This document shows positions 20,263 to 29,861 of a stretch of 57,637 bases of DNA, piece after piece. Position numbers and translations under genes: made by a program. The notes beneath the pieces were generated by a model that did not search any database, was not told the origin of the DNA, and saw nothing but the letters and a program-made list of their open reading frames with translations. The stretch spans positions 14,465-72,101 of the forward strand of contig CAYXYJ010000007.1 of the NCBI GenBank assembly GCA_964469295.1, read 5' to 3'. The DNA comes from an uncultured Candidatus Saccharibacteria bacterium (GTDB lineage Bacteria; Patescibacteriota; Minisyncoccia; Phycocordibacterales; UBA918). The stretch's first letter is position 1. Every line of letters begins with the position of its first letter.

Positions 20263-20347
20263 TGGTGCGTGAGAGAGGACTTGAACCTCCACGGATTACT
20301 CCACTAGTTCCTAAGACTAGCGCGGCTACCAATTACGCCACTCACGC
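20263..20347 (-). tRNA. tRNA-Leu(TAG)
   Basis: Cloverleaf with long variable arm, loop CTTAGGA, encoded CCA. Confidence 0.95.
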
Positions 20348-20522
20348 AGTGTCTGTGAGTGTAGCATAAAATAGCGAGGAGGGAAATGTGCGGCGATTAT
20401 CGTTTGATAGTGGTGGTTTTTTGTATTCTTTCCGGCAGTACTTCATTCGTCAATAATGGTACCAAAATGGATATACTGCTCTTGAATTTTTTGTATAATT
20501 CTTGTACACTCGTCGCACAGAT

Positions 20523-20595
20523 GCCCTCTTAGCTCAGTTGGTAGAGCAGCTCCCTCTTAAGGAGACGGTCCAAGGTTCGAGCCCTTGAGGGGGCA
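20523..20595 (+). tRNA. tRNA-Lys(CTT)
   Basis: Cloverleaf, anticodon loop CTCTTAA, GTTCGAG T-loop; CCA not encoded. Confidence 0.93.
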
Positions 20596-20676
20596 CAGAC
20601 GCAAAACGAAATCACTCACTTTTTAAAGTGAGTGATTTCGTTTTAGCACCTGATTAGTATCAGGTGCGGCGTCTGT

Positions 20677-20788
20677 GCCGGCCGCAGCGATGTTTTCTTT
20701 TTATCTAAAATGAAAACCGCGAGGCGGGGTCGCAGGTACTTAGATTTTTATAAACGAAGTGAAATAAAAAGCTTAGTAACCTGTGACC
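20677..20788 (+). repeat. Structured dispersed element, subfamily B (tRNA-Lys trailer)
   Basis: Homologous to the reverse complement of 1369-1482; loop AAACGAAGTGAA at 20752-20763. Confidence 0.8.
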
Positions 20789-20809
20789 ACTAAATATCGT
20801 AAAGGACTT

Positions 20810-20930
20810 GGTCACTCTCGTGGCTTAATTATTTCACTTTGTTCATAATTGAGCTCACTCGTGCGGCCTCGACCGTTTCGGTCCTAAAGGGGACCCCGAA
20901 ACAGTCTTTCAAGTCCTGCCCCGGGCTACA
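20810..20930 (-). repeat. Structured dispersed element, subfamily A (tRNA-Leu(TAA) trailer)
   Basis: Colinear with 29150-29270; loop at 20833-20844; anti-tRNA segment at 20908-20926. Confidence 0.85.
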
Positions 20931-20976
20931 AAACAATAGCTTCACCATGCATTCGCATAGTGAAGCTTTGTTGTTG

Positions 20977-21060
20977 TGCCCGGGGCGGGACTTGAACCCG
21001 CACGACCTTGCGGTCACAAAATTTTAAGTCTTGCGTGGCTACCGATTACACCACCCGGGC
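20977..21060 (-). tRNA. tRNA-Leu(TAA)
   Basis: Cloverleaf with long variable arm, loop CTTAAAA. Confidence 0.95.
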
Positions 21061-21125
21061 ATTACTGAAACCAGTAATGCGTATGCACACGAGTACAACA
21101 TTTGCTTCCAAATGTTGTACTCGTG

Positions 21126-21197
21126 AGTCCTGGGCGGGAATCGAACCCGCGCATGGAGGATTTGCAGTCCCCAGCGTTACCTCTTCGCCACCAGGAC
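21126..21197 (-). tRNA. tRNA-Cys(GCA)
   Basis: Cloverleaf, loop CTGCAAA, U discriminator. Confidence 0.95.
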
Positions 21198-21316
21198 GGT
21201 AATGTGCCACCTACTGTACCATTGAAAAGCAACAAAACCAACTTCACTGTTGGTGGTAGTAATGGCGTAACGGGGGCCAGTTCCTATGGAACTGGCCCCC
21301 GTTACGCGTCCATATT

Positions 21317-21667
21317 TTATTTGGCAGTATCTATCTCACGAGCAATGTCATCGATATGTTGTCGATGTCTTTCTCCGTAATCGACGGAAAAATCAAGATG
21401 CGGAATAATTTTTAGGTTTGTGTGCTTTTTAACATACTCTCGCATTTCACTTGCAGATCGTTTTAAAAATATTTCGGCATCAGATTCACGACCATCAGGA
21501 ATAGTGGTAAAGAAAACAGTCACCCGTCGGTAGTCTGGTGAAATCGTGACATTGGTCACGGTGATAAGGGGATTGGCGTTAGCCTCGTGGCGGATGTACG
21601 TTGCTACGACTTCTTTGATGAGCGACGTAGCGCGGTCGTGCCGATCAAAATTTAAACTCTTGGCCAT
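21317..21667 (-). CDS. rbfA: Ribosome-binding factor A
   Basis: ITVTNVTISPDY...V.VF, IIPHLDF..D; follows infB. Confidence 0.9.
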   Translation of the reverse strand: MAKSLNFDRHDRATSLIKEVVATYIRHEANANPLITVTNVTISPDYRRVTVFFTTIPDGRESDAEIFLKRSASEMREYVKKHTNLKIIPHLDFSVDYGERHRQHIDDIAREIDTAK

Positions 21668-21669
21668 AG

Positions 21670-23166
21670 TCAGGTAATAATCACTTCAAACCCCTCAATG
21701 ATATCGCCGGGCGCTACTTCAAATTTGGCATCAACTTGCAAACCAAATTCTCCTTCACTAACTTGTTTGACGTCAGATTTTTGTTGCTGGAGATTTTTAA
21801 TGGTGCCGCGACCAACTTCAATATCGCGGCGAAGAATGCGGACGCCCGTACCAAATTTTAATAGTCCGGTTTCTACCCGAGCGCCCAGAACATGCGTGTT
21901 TTTTTGGGTACTAAAGTGCTTTAACACTTTGGCTTGACCAGTAACAATTTTTTCTTCCATCTTTGGGGTACGATTTTTAAGAGCGGTGTGTAACCATTCA
22001 GACAATTCATAAATGACCGAAAATGTATCAATTTCCACACCAAGTCTGTCGGCCAAGTCTTTGGCTTCTCGGTCAACTTTTACATTAAACCCAACAATGA
22101 TTGCGTCGCGAGTAGCACTCACTGCTTGCACGTCACTGACACTAATCGGGCCAACGCCGGTGTCAATGACGCGCACGGTAATACGTTCGGAAGCCAACCC
22201 AGCTAATTCGTGTTCAATGGCATCAATTGTACCAAGTGCATCCGCTTTGATGAGAATGGGAATGGTGGGGAGATTGGTTTTTTTGTGTATTGGTGGAGTG
22301 GGTGTCGTCATTTCGGCGATATGAGTCTCGGCTTCCTTTTTGTTAGCGACGGTGTAAAATCGACTCCCAACTTTGGGAATATTCGTCCACCCAACAATTC
22401 CCACTGGTTCGGCCAAACCCGCCGATTTTAAGGTTTTGCCGTTTGCGTCCTCCATAATTCGCACCGGGGCAAAACAGTTGCCCGATACCACAAATTGCCC
22501 AGTAGATAAGGTGCCGTCGGTAATAATGAGGGTCGCGGTATTACCGCGTTTGGGGTCAAGATTGCCTTCAATAATGGTACCGCTCGCCAGCGCACCAGAA
22601 TTTCCCTTCAACTCTAACAAATCGGCAGATAAAATAACTAAATCAAGCAAATCAGCAACTCCGGTGCCCGCTTTGGCAGAAATGGGCGCCCAGGGAATAT
22701 CGCCACCCATGCCTTCGATGTAAATTTCATTTTCGATGAGTGATGTCTGAGTTCTTACCAAATCCGCACCCGGTTTATCAATTTTGTTGATGGCAACAAC
22801 AAACGGAATATTTGCTTCTTTGATGGCTGCTAAGGCTTCTAGCGTTTGTGGTTTAACGCCGTCTTCGGCCGAAACAATGAGAATGGCAATATCAGCAACA
22901 TCAGCACCACGTAAGCGCATTTTCTGAAAGGCGGCGTGACCAGGTGTATCGAGAAAGGTGATTTTTTCTTCAGATCCTTCTTTGGTTTTGTGTGTGACGA
23001 CATACGCCGAAAGATGTTGGGTGATGCCACCGGCTTCTTTATCAACGACGTTTGAATGCCGAATGTAATCAAGCAAGGTTGATTTGCCGTGGTCAATATG
23101 ACCCATGACAACAACAATCGGCGGTCGTTTCTCGATACTTTCGGTAGGTTTTTTTGCTTTTGCCAT
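21670..23166 (-). CDS. infB: Translation initiation factor IF-2 (short form)
   Basis: RPPIVVVMGHIDHGKSTLLD, EAGGITQH, DTPGHAAF, NKID. Confidence 0.98.
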   Translation of the reverse strand: MAKAKKPTESIEKRPPIVVVMGHIDHGKSTLLDYIRHSNVVDKEAGGITQHLSAYVVTHKTKEGSEEKITFLDTPGHAAFQKMRLRGADVADIAILIVSAEDGVKPQTLEALAAIKEANIPFVVAINKIDKPGADLVRTQTSLIENEIYIEGMGGDIPWAPISAKAGTGVADLLDLVILSADLLELKGNSGALASGTIIEGNLDPKRGNTATLIITDGTLSTGQFVVSGNCFAPVRIMEDANGKTLKSAGLAEPVGIVGWTNIPKVGSRFYTVANKKEAETHIAEMTTPTPPIHKKTNLPTIPILIKADALGTIDAIEHELAGLASERITVRVIDTGVGPISVSDVQAVSATRDAIIVGFNVKVDREAKDLADRLGVEIDTFSVIYELSEWLHTALKNRTPKMEEKIVTGQAKVLKHFSTQKNTHVLGARVETGLLKFGTGVRILRRDIEVGRGTIKNLQQQKSDVKQVSEGEFGLQVDAKFEVAPGDIIEGFEVIIT

Positions 23167-23278
23167 ACATCGCTATTATATTAAAACGGAAAAAGCCGAT
23201 AGGCGGCTTACTGATAAAACAAGTGCTTATAGTATAGCAGATATTTACAGAAATGACAGCCCGTGTCATGATTTTTAC

Positions 23279-24508
23279 ATGTGGTCACTTTTTGAAAAAA
23301 AGTCCTCCCCGTACAGAGATTCATCGCTAGCAAAGCGAGTGTATTTAGACTATGCCGCAGCGACACCGCTGTTGCCGGAAGTGTTGTCGGCAATGTTGCC
23401 GTACTTCCATGATACGTTTGGTAACGCCGGCAGTATTCACCAAGAGGGTGTGGTGGCCAAACGATCACTGGAAGAGTGTCGCACGCGGGTGGCGCGGGTG
23501 CTCGGCGTACAAGATACCGGTATTGTATTTACGAGTGGGGGAACTGAAAGTAATAATCTTGCAATTACTGGGTATGTTGAACGGTTGGTGGCTGGCGGGC
23601 GAGCCTATGAGGGTATAGAAATTGTGACGACGCACATCGAGCACTCGGCAACGGGAGAAACAATGGCGAGGCTCGCCCGCCGTGGCGTACGAATTGTGTA
23701 TGTGCCGGTAACGGATGACGGCGTGATAGACGTGGACATCCTCGAGTCACTCTTGACCGACCAGACGGTACTCGTGACGGTGTCGTATGTAAACAGTGAA
23801 GTTGGCGCTATTACTCGCTGTCGGGATATTCGTCGGATCATTGACGGATACACCAAAAAATCACAAACAACAATTGCACTACATATTGATGCCGCTCAAG
23901 CGCCGTTATGGTTACCGTGTGACTTGCCACGTCTTGGTGCCGATCTGTTGTCACTTGATGCGGGAAAGATGAATGGTCCAAAAGGTTGTGGTGTTTTGGC
24001 AATGCGAAAAGGAATGCAGGTGTCGGCAATTGTTGGTGGTGGTGGCCAAGAGCGTGGGATGCGTCCCGGAACGGAACCATTGCCAAGTATTGTCGGATGT
24101 ACCGTGGCGCTTGAATTAGCGCAACACAATTGGCAAGAACGGGCGGCGCGTGTAAGCACTGTTCGTGATTATTTTTTAGCGCGGATTACTGATGAAGTGC
24201 CAAATGTCATCGTCAATGGTCCTCTTGGTAACGATCGGGTAGCCAACAACGTCCACATTTCAATTCCGGGTCTTGATGCCGAATTTGCAGTGATTACGCT
24301 TGATGCGCAGGGTATCGCTGCGAGTACCAAAAGCGCGTGTAGTAGCAAAGGTGGGGGAGCCAGTGCCGTTGTGCTCGCCATGACGGGTGACGAAGCACGG
24401 GCCACCAGTACGTTACGATTCACGCTTGGTCCAGACAATACGACAGCAGATATCGATGTGGCTATTTTGACATTGACACAACACCTCACCAACACTGCCC
24501 AGCTCTAA
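23279..24508 (+). CDS. Cysteine desulfurase (IscS/NifS type)
   Basis: YLDYAAATP, FTSGGTESNN, PLP Lys in DAGKMNGPKG, catalytic SACSS. Confidence 0.93.
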   Translation: MWSLFEKKSSPYRDSSLAKRVYLDYAAATPLLPEVLSAMLPYFHDTFGNAGSIHQEGVVAKRSLEECRTRVARVLGVQDTGIVFTSGGTESNNLAITGYVERLVAGGRAYEGIEIVTTHIEHSATGETMARLARRGVRIVYVPVTDDGVIDVDILESLLTDQTVLVTVSYVNSEVGAITRCRDIRRIIDGYTKKSQTTIALHIDAAQAPLWLPCDLPRLGADLLSLDAGKMNGPKGCGVLAMRKGMQVSAIVGGGGQERGMRPGTEPLPSIVGCTVALELAQHNWQERAARVSTVRDYFLARITDEVPNVIVNGPLGNDRVANNVHISIPGLDAEFAVITLDAQGIAASTKSACSSKGGGASAVVLAMTGDEARATSTLRFTLGPDNTTADIDVAILTLTQHLTNTAQL

Positions 24509-24628
24509 TTTACAAAACGAGTTTTTTATAGCATTATAAGATAACTTCCAGTCCGTTTGTTAGATATTCAGTAATGGTTGATTTGTCGGTTCGTCACTAT
24601 CAGGGAAGCTTCTATAATTTTGTACATC

Positions 24629-27343
24629 ATGCCTAGTTTTCACAATTTTACCTCAAAAGCCAAAGAGGCCATTCGTAAAGCGCATGAACTCGCTATCGAA
24701 CGTGGTCAAAACCACGTGAGCCCGATTCACCTTTTAACCGCTCTCGCGATGCAGGATGAGAGTATGGTTATTTCGGTGCTTGATCGACTCGATATTGATG
24801 TTATTGCGCTGACGGATTTGTTGCTTGAAGCGCTTGAAGGACCCGAAGGGAACGCCACTATTTCGCAATCATACCAACTATATCTCACCGCAGAGTTGGC
24901 CAAAGCGCTCGAATATTCTGGACAACTCGCCGAACAGTTGGGTGATTCATACGTTGGGGTGGAACATTTATTTGTTTCAATCTTGGAAAATCCCGGTCCG
25001 GCCGCCGAGATTATTATGCGTGCGCAAATTGATAAGACTCGCGTCATGAATGCCATCAAAGAAATTCGGGAGAACCGCGTGTCTGATGCTTCGGCCCCTA
25101 AAAAATTCCGTTCACTCGCAAAATACACACGTAACCTCACCAAGTTGGCACAAGAAAATAAGCTTGACCCGGTGATTGGTCGTGATGTGGAAGTGCAACG
25201 CGTCATTCAGATTTTGTCCCGACGCACCAAAAATAACCCCGTGTTAATTGGAGAAGCGGGTGTCGGTAAAACCGCCATCGCCGAAGGCTTGGCGCAACAA
25301 ATTGCGCAAGGCCAAGTGCCAGAATCTGTGAAAGAAAAAGAAATTCTATCACTTGATTTAGGATTGCTGGTAGCGGGTACCAAATTCCGCGGTGAATTTG
25401 AAGAGCGACTTAAGGCCGTCATGAAAGAAGTCGAAAGTTCGGCGGGTCGTATTATTTTATTTATTGATGAGTTGCACACCATTGTTGGTGCGGGACAAGC
25501 GGAAGGATCGATGGACGCGTCAAATATGCTTAAGCCTGCATTGGCTCGCGGTGAATTACGGGTCATTGGCGCCACCACTTTAAAGGAATACCAAAAGCAC
25601 ATTGAACGTGACCCTGCTTTAACGCGGCGATTCCAGCCAGTGTTTGTGAATGAACCCAGTCAAGAAGACGCCATTGCTATTTTGCGTGGCATTGCCGAAA
25701 AGTACGAGTTATTTCACGGTGTGCGTATTACGGATGATGCCATTGTCGGCGCGGTAGAATTGTCGTCACGGTATATCACAGACCGTTTCTTGCCTGACAA
25801 AGCCGTTGATTTGATTGATGAAGCGGCGTCGGCACTCCGGATTTCACTGGAAAATAAACCAGATGAGTTGGTCGTATCAGATCGACAAATTCGACGCTTA
25901 GAAATCGAAAAAGAAGCCTTGAAAAAGGAGTCTGAAGTATCCGAGTTAACCCCAGAGCGCAAAAAACGGATCAAAGATCGACTGAAAGAAATTGATGGCG
26001 AGATTGGTGAGTTACGCGAAACAACTTCGGCGCTGGAAACCAAATGGAACAATGAAAAGGAATCACTTGGCACGATTAGTAGCTTGAAAAAAGAACTCGA
26101 AGAGTTGCGACTCGAGGCTGAGGGAGCCGAAGCTTCGGCTGATTTGACGCGCGCGGCCGAAATCCGGTACGACAGTATTCCTTCGGTTGAAAGTGAATTA
26201 GAACAAGAACAAAAGCGTCTGAAAAAATTGCAACGGAGTCGTCGTTTATTAAAAGAAGAAGTGACCGAAGAAGATATTGCGGCAGTAGTATCGCGGTGGA
26301 CGGGTATTCCCGTGTCACGCATGCTTGAAGCGGAAGCAGAAAAATTAGCCCGTATTGAAGACGAGTTACGTAAGCGAGTGGTTGGTCAAGATCACGCTAT
26401 TCAGTTGGTGGCCAATGCTATTAAACGATCGCGCGCTGGTATTGCCGACCCAAATCGTCCTATCGGTTCGTTCTTATTCCTTGGACCGACCGGTGTTGGC
26501 AAGACTGAATTATCACGGGCCTTAGCCGAATTCATGTTCAATGATCCAGACGCGATGGTGCGGATTGACATGTCTGAGTTTATGGAAAAACACGCCGTCT
26601 CAAAAATTATTGGATCGCCACCAGGATATGTGGGGCATGAAGAGGGAGGAAATATTGCCGAACGAGTACGCCATCGACCGTATTCAGTGATTTTGCTTGA
26701 TGAGGTGGAAAAAGCCCATCCCGAGGTGTTTAATGTACTATTGCAAGTACTTGATTCTGGTCATTTGACCGACGCCAAAGGACGCAAGGTAAACTTCCGT
26801 AACACCGTCATTATTATGACGTCAAATATCGGAGCTGAACACATTGATCGAATGTCTAACTGGGGCTTTGTGCACGATCATGGTGAAAAGGCTCAGTATA
26901 CACAAGCAAAAGATAAGGTCATGGAAAGTCTCAAGGGATTTTTCCGGCCGGAATTTCTCAACCGACTAGATGAAATTATCATCTTTGATATTTTGTCGCC
27001 CGAGACTATCCGCAGTATCGTGTCGCTCCAAATTACTGATGTGACCCGGCGTTTGCAACAAAAAGAAATTGCTTTGACGGTAAGTGATGCTGTGCTCGAT
27101 TATTTGGCCAAAGAAGGCTATGATCCAAAATTTGGTGCTCGCCCATTAAAGCGAGTAATCCAAAACAAGATTTTGACCCCGGTCGCCAACATGATGATTA
27201 GAGAGGGAATGTTGCGTGGCGGGACGGTGCGCATTGACATGAAAAAAGACGAATTGTCATTTGATGTCAAAAAGAAGGCGTTATCACGTCGCAATACTGC
27301 CAAGAAAACAGTTGTGGCGAATCCAACACCGGTAACGCTCTAA
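24629..27343 (+). CDS. clpB: ATP-dependent chaperone ClpB
   Basis: Two AAA modules ([17 protein letters not shown]), long middle coiled coil, [13 protein letters not shown]. Confidence 0.93.
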   Translation: MPSFHNFTSKAKEAIRKAHELAIERGQNHVSPIHLLTALAMQDESMVISVLDRLDIDVIALTDLLLEALEGPEGNATISQSYQLYLTAELAKALEYSGQLAEQLGDSYVGVEHLFVSILENPGPAAEIIMRAQIDKTRVMNAIKEIRENRVSDASAPKKFRSLAKYTRNLTKLAQENKLDPVIGRDVEVQRVIQILSRRTKNNPVLIGEAGVGKTAIAEGLAQQIAQGQVPESVKEKEILSLDLGLLVAGTKFRGEFEERLKAVMKEVESSAGRIILFIDELHTIVGAGQAEGSMDASNMLKPALARGELRVIGATTLKEYQKHIERDPALTRRFQPVFVNEPSQEDAIAILRGIAEKYELFHGVRITDDAIVGAVELSSRYITDRFLPDKAVDLIDEAASALRISLENKPDELVVSDRQIRRLEIEKEALKKESEVSELTPERKKRIKDRLKEIDGEIGELRETTSALETKWNNEKESLGTISSLKKELEELRLEAEGAEASADLTRAAEIRYDSIPSVESELEQEQKRLKKLQRSRRLLKEEVTEEDIAAVVSRWTGIPVSRMLEAEAEKLARIEDELRKRVVGQDHAIQLVANAIKRSRAGIADPNRPIGSFLFLGPTGVGKTELSRALAEFMFNDPDAMVRIDMSEFMEKHAVSKIIGSPPGYVGHEEGGNIAERVRHRPYSVILLDEVEKAHPEVFNVLLQVLDSGHLTDAKGRKVNFRNTVIIMTSNIGAEHIDRMSNWGFVHDHGEKAQYTQAKDKVMESLKGFFRPEFLNRLDEIIIFDILSPETIRSIVSLQITDVTRRLQQKEIALTVSDAVLDYLAKEGYDPKFGARPLKRVIQNKILTPVANMMIREGMLRGGTVRIDMKKDELSFDVKKKALSRRNTAKKTVVANPTPVTL

Positions 27344-27356
27344 ACTAATAGTGAAC

Positions 27357-27397
27357 CAATAACAACAGGCGGCGCGAAGTGCCGCCTGTTGTTATTG
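27357..27397. terminator. 19-bp hairpin with C(GAA)G loop between convergent genes
   Basis: CAATAACAACAGGCGGCGC-GAA-GTGCCGCCTGTTGTTATTG. Confidence 0.75.
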
Positions 27398-28936
27398 TCC
27401 ATGCAATCGAAATTGTTTCGCTATGAGGGGTTCAACCGGTTGCTTGTCGTCAGTAAAAATCACATCATCAACCAAGGCGCTCTCCGGAATAGTGATGTAT
27501 CGACTATTCGCTGAAAAACTGTAGCCCGCGATTGAATGGGTAATTGTGACGTCGGGGAAAATAATTTCCTGTCCTTCGTGTCGAGCAACGAACAAAATAT
27601 TTTGCATACCACTGTCGTGCGGATTGCTCACCGGAATGATGGCAAGATTAGGGAATACCGTCTTAATGGTCTTTATGAGTGAGCCGGTCATGCTCGTACC
27701 GTAGGTATCGAGACTGCCGATGTAGTTAAAGATAGCCACTCCCTCAGGTGATAAGCGATCTTTCACCGCCGCAAAAAATTCGCTGGTGGACAAGTGGGCG
27801 GGAATAAAATGTCCACTATTCATCACATCGGAAAAGATAACATCATATTGTGTGGTAGTACTTTGGAGAAATACTCGCGCATCCACGGTATAGTGGTGAA
27901 GATTTTCACTAACCGGTAACTCGAAATAATCGTACGCAATTGGCAATAATTGTGGTTCCATTTCGACGGTATCAATGGGAATATTGGGATAGAGCGCGTG
28001 GACGTATCGAGGGACGGTAAAGGCTCCGCCACCGAGAGCAAGATAATTACGGGGGGTTGGCACCATTTTTTCGGTCAAGACAGCATATTGGGCGTACGGA
28101 AAGACAATTTGATTACTGCCGGGAATAATGGCTGATGAATGGTTGGTATCATTTTTTAAAAAACGGTACGTGGTACCGTTAATGGTTCTTTCGAACACTT
28201 CGATGTGGCTATAGAGTCCGTCCGTGCTATAGAGTAAGGCTTTTCCTGTGCTTGATGAATGGTATGACACTACAAATATCGTGCTGACAAGAGCAATAAC
28301 CACACTAGTACCAGCGACAATCAATCGTTGTGTCGTTTGTTTTCCAGTGCGCCACCACAGCATGCTAGTCCAAACGGTAAGAAACAATGCGGTATAGGCC
28401 ATTCCAGCAATCAATCCAATATACGGAATAAGAAAAAAGCCAGTGCTCAAGCTGCCGGTAATACTGCCAATTGTGCTCCAAAAAAATACCGTCCCGACCA
28501 TCGCTCCAGCCGTGTCAGAAGTCTCGCGCATGGTCAATAACTTAATCACAAACGGTGAATCAATGCCCAGGAGAAGTGCTGGCAAAAAGTAAAACGCTAC
28601 CGCTAAGACCAGTGGACCAAATTGCAAACCGAGAGCCGGAGCAACCATTGGCAAAAGCATTACTGCCATCATGATGACTAACAGTAGCAATAATCCAGCA
28701 CTGGCCAACACTGCCATCAACGTTGTTGGTTTGGGGGAGTAATCGGCTAATCTGCCACCCCAGTAATAGCCGAGACTAAGGGCGAGTAAGACCACGGTAA
28801 TGACACTCGAAATGACCGGCAGTGAACTGCCGTAGTATGGTGCTAATAATCGCACGCCAGCAATTTCGATCACGAGTACCGCCGCCCCGGTGATAAACAC
28901 TGTCGCCAGTAAGAGATACTTTTGGTTGGGAAACAT
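27392..28936 (-). CDS. Fused membrane domain / spermidine-synthase-like protein
   Basis: Multi-TM N-terminus; LALGGGAFT, DTVEME, DARVFL, YDVIFSD, IFTDDKQPVE. Confidence 0.9.
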   Translation of the reverse strand: MFPNQKYLLLATVFITGAAVLVIEIAGVRLLAPYYGSSLPVISSVITVVLLALSLGYYWGGRLADYSPKPTTLMAVLASAGLLLLLVIMMAVMLLPMVAPALGLQFGPLVLAVAFYFLPALLLGIDSPFVIKLLTMRETSDTAGAMVGTVFFWSTIGSITGSLSTGFFLIPYIGLIAGMAYTALFLTVWTSMLWWRTGKQTTQRLIVAGTSVVIALVSTIFVVSYHSSSTGKALLYSTDGLYSHIEVFERTINGTTYRFLKNDTNHSSAIIPGSNQIVFPYAQYAVLTEKMVPTPRNYLALGGGAFTVPRYVHALYPNIPIDTVEMEPQLLPIAYDYFELPVSENLHHYTVDARVFLQSTTTQYDVIFSDVMNSGHFIPAHLSTSEFFAAVKDRLSPEGVAIFNYIGSLDTYGTSMTGSLIKTIKTVFPNLAIIPVSNPHDSGMQNILFVARHEGQEIIFPDVTITHSIAGYSFSANSRYITIPESALVDDVIFTDDKQPVEPLIAKQFRLHGQ

Positions 28937-29149
28937 GGTACCTAGTATAGCAGAATATAGTGGAGATAACGGGCGGCCCTACGGGCCGCTCGTATCAATA
29001 TAAGAAAACCGTCTGACCAATAAAAGTTGGCTCGTTCGTACTTCACTGTTCGAATCCCTCTAGTCAGTGACATTTAGTCACGTACTCCCGGCGCACGCAA
29101 TAAAAATCGCCTAGGCAAATGTCTGAGTAATTTTTTATATTTGAGATTC

Positions 29150-29270
29150 GGTCACTCTCGCGGTTAAATTAGTTCACTTCGTTCCTAATTTAACTCGCTC
29201 GTGCGACCTCACCAGTCTCGGCCCTAAAGGGGACCCCGAGACTGGTTTTCGAATCCCTCCGGCGCTACAA
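29150..29270 (-). repeat. Structured dispersed element, subfamily A (original tRNA-Tyr trailer)
   Basis: Colinear with 20810-20930; loop at 29173-29184; anti-tRNA-Tyr segment at 29248-29265. Confidence 0.85.
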
Positions 29271-29413
29271 ACAGCAACGACCCAAATGCGAATGCATTTG
29301 GGTCGGCTGATCTGTGCGCCGAAATGGAAGCGGTTCGACAAATGTGTGTAGTGTAAATAAGCCTGAAATCGTGAAAATCTTGTGAATCTACCGCAAAATA
29401 GTAGGATGTCTAT

Positions 29414-29857
29414 ATGTCTGAATATAGACTCTCGCAAGAAATAGTGGCTTTATCTGAATCAGATAAGTGGGACGAAGCTCGACTTGAGTGGGAGCTTTTT
29501 CGAATGTTTGATCAAGATGATCTTGATACTTGCTTGTGTGGTCATTATCCCATAAAAGAAATATGTGTCCTGAGAAACAAAAAGAACGATAACCAGGCCA
29601 TCGTGGGTAACTGCTGTGTTCAGAAGTTTATGGGTATTTCTTCAGACAAATTGTTTGCTGCCCTTAAAAGGGTGAAAAAGGACATTGGCAAACCATTTAA
29701 CGCTGATGTTATAGAGTTTTCGTTTGAGCGTGGATATATTAGTGATTGGGAAAAGGGTTTTTATCTTGATACCTGGCGAAAGAGGGACTTGAGTGAGAAA
29801 CAGACAAAAGAAAGAGTTAAAATCAATAAGAAGATTCTGCTTAAACTATCAAAGTAA
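29414..29857 (+). CDS. Hypothetical Cys-rich (putative Zn-binding) protein
   Basis: CLCGH...C...VGNCC; ends 4 nt before the OLD nuclease start. Confidence 0.8.
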   Translation: MSEYRLSQEIVALSESDKWDEARLEWELFRMFDQDDLDTCLCGHYPIKEICVLRNKKNDNQAIVGNCCVQKFMGISSDKLFAALKRVKKDIGKPFNADVIEFSFERGYISDWEKGFYLDTWRKRDLSEKQTKERVKINKKILLKLSK

Positions 29858-29861
29858 ATTT

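Noticed and set aside
20388-20534. SD-preceded ORF (GAGGAGGG...ATG TGC GGC) between tRNA-Leu and tRNA-Lys
   Set aside because: It runs across the tRNA-Lys promoter into the tRNA and has no recognisable features, so it is probably chance.
20829-21380. Short ORFs 20829-21017, 20839-21027, 21008-21202, 21062-21247, 21102-21380
   Set aside because: They overlap tRNA genes and palindromic elements, which is typical of spurious frames.
29015-29096. Possible extra tRNA gene
   Set aside because: It has a GTTCGAATC T-loop-like string but no paired T-stem, D-arm or anticodon arm. It is reported instead as a split copy of the tRNA-Tyr end.
29174-29437. 87-aa minus-strand ORF at the island boundary
   Set aside because: It spans the att core and the structured element, so it is a chimeric non-coding frame.
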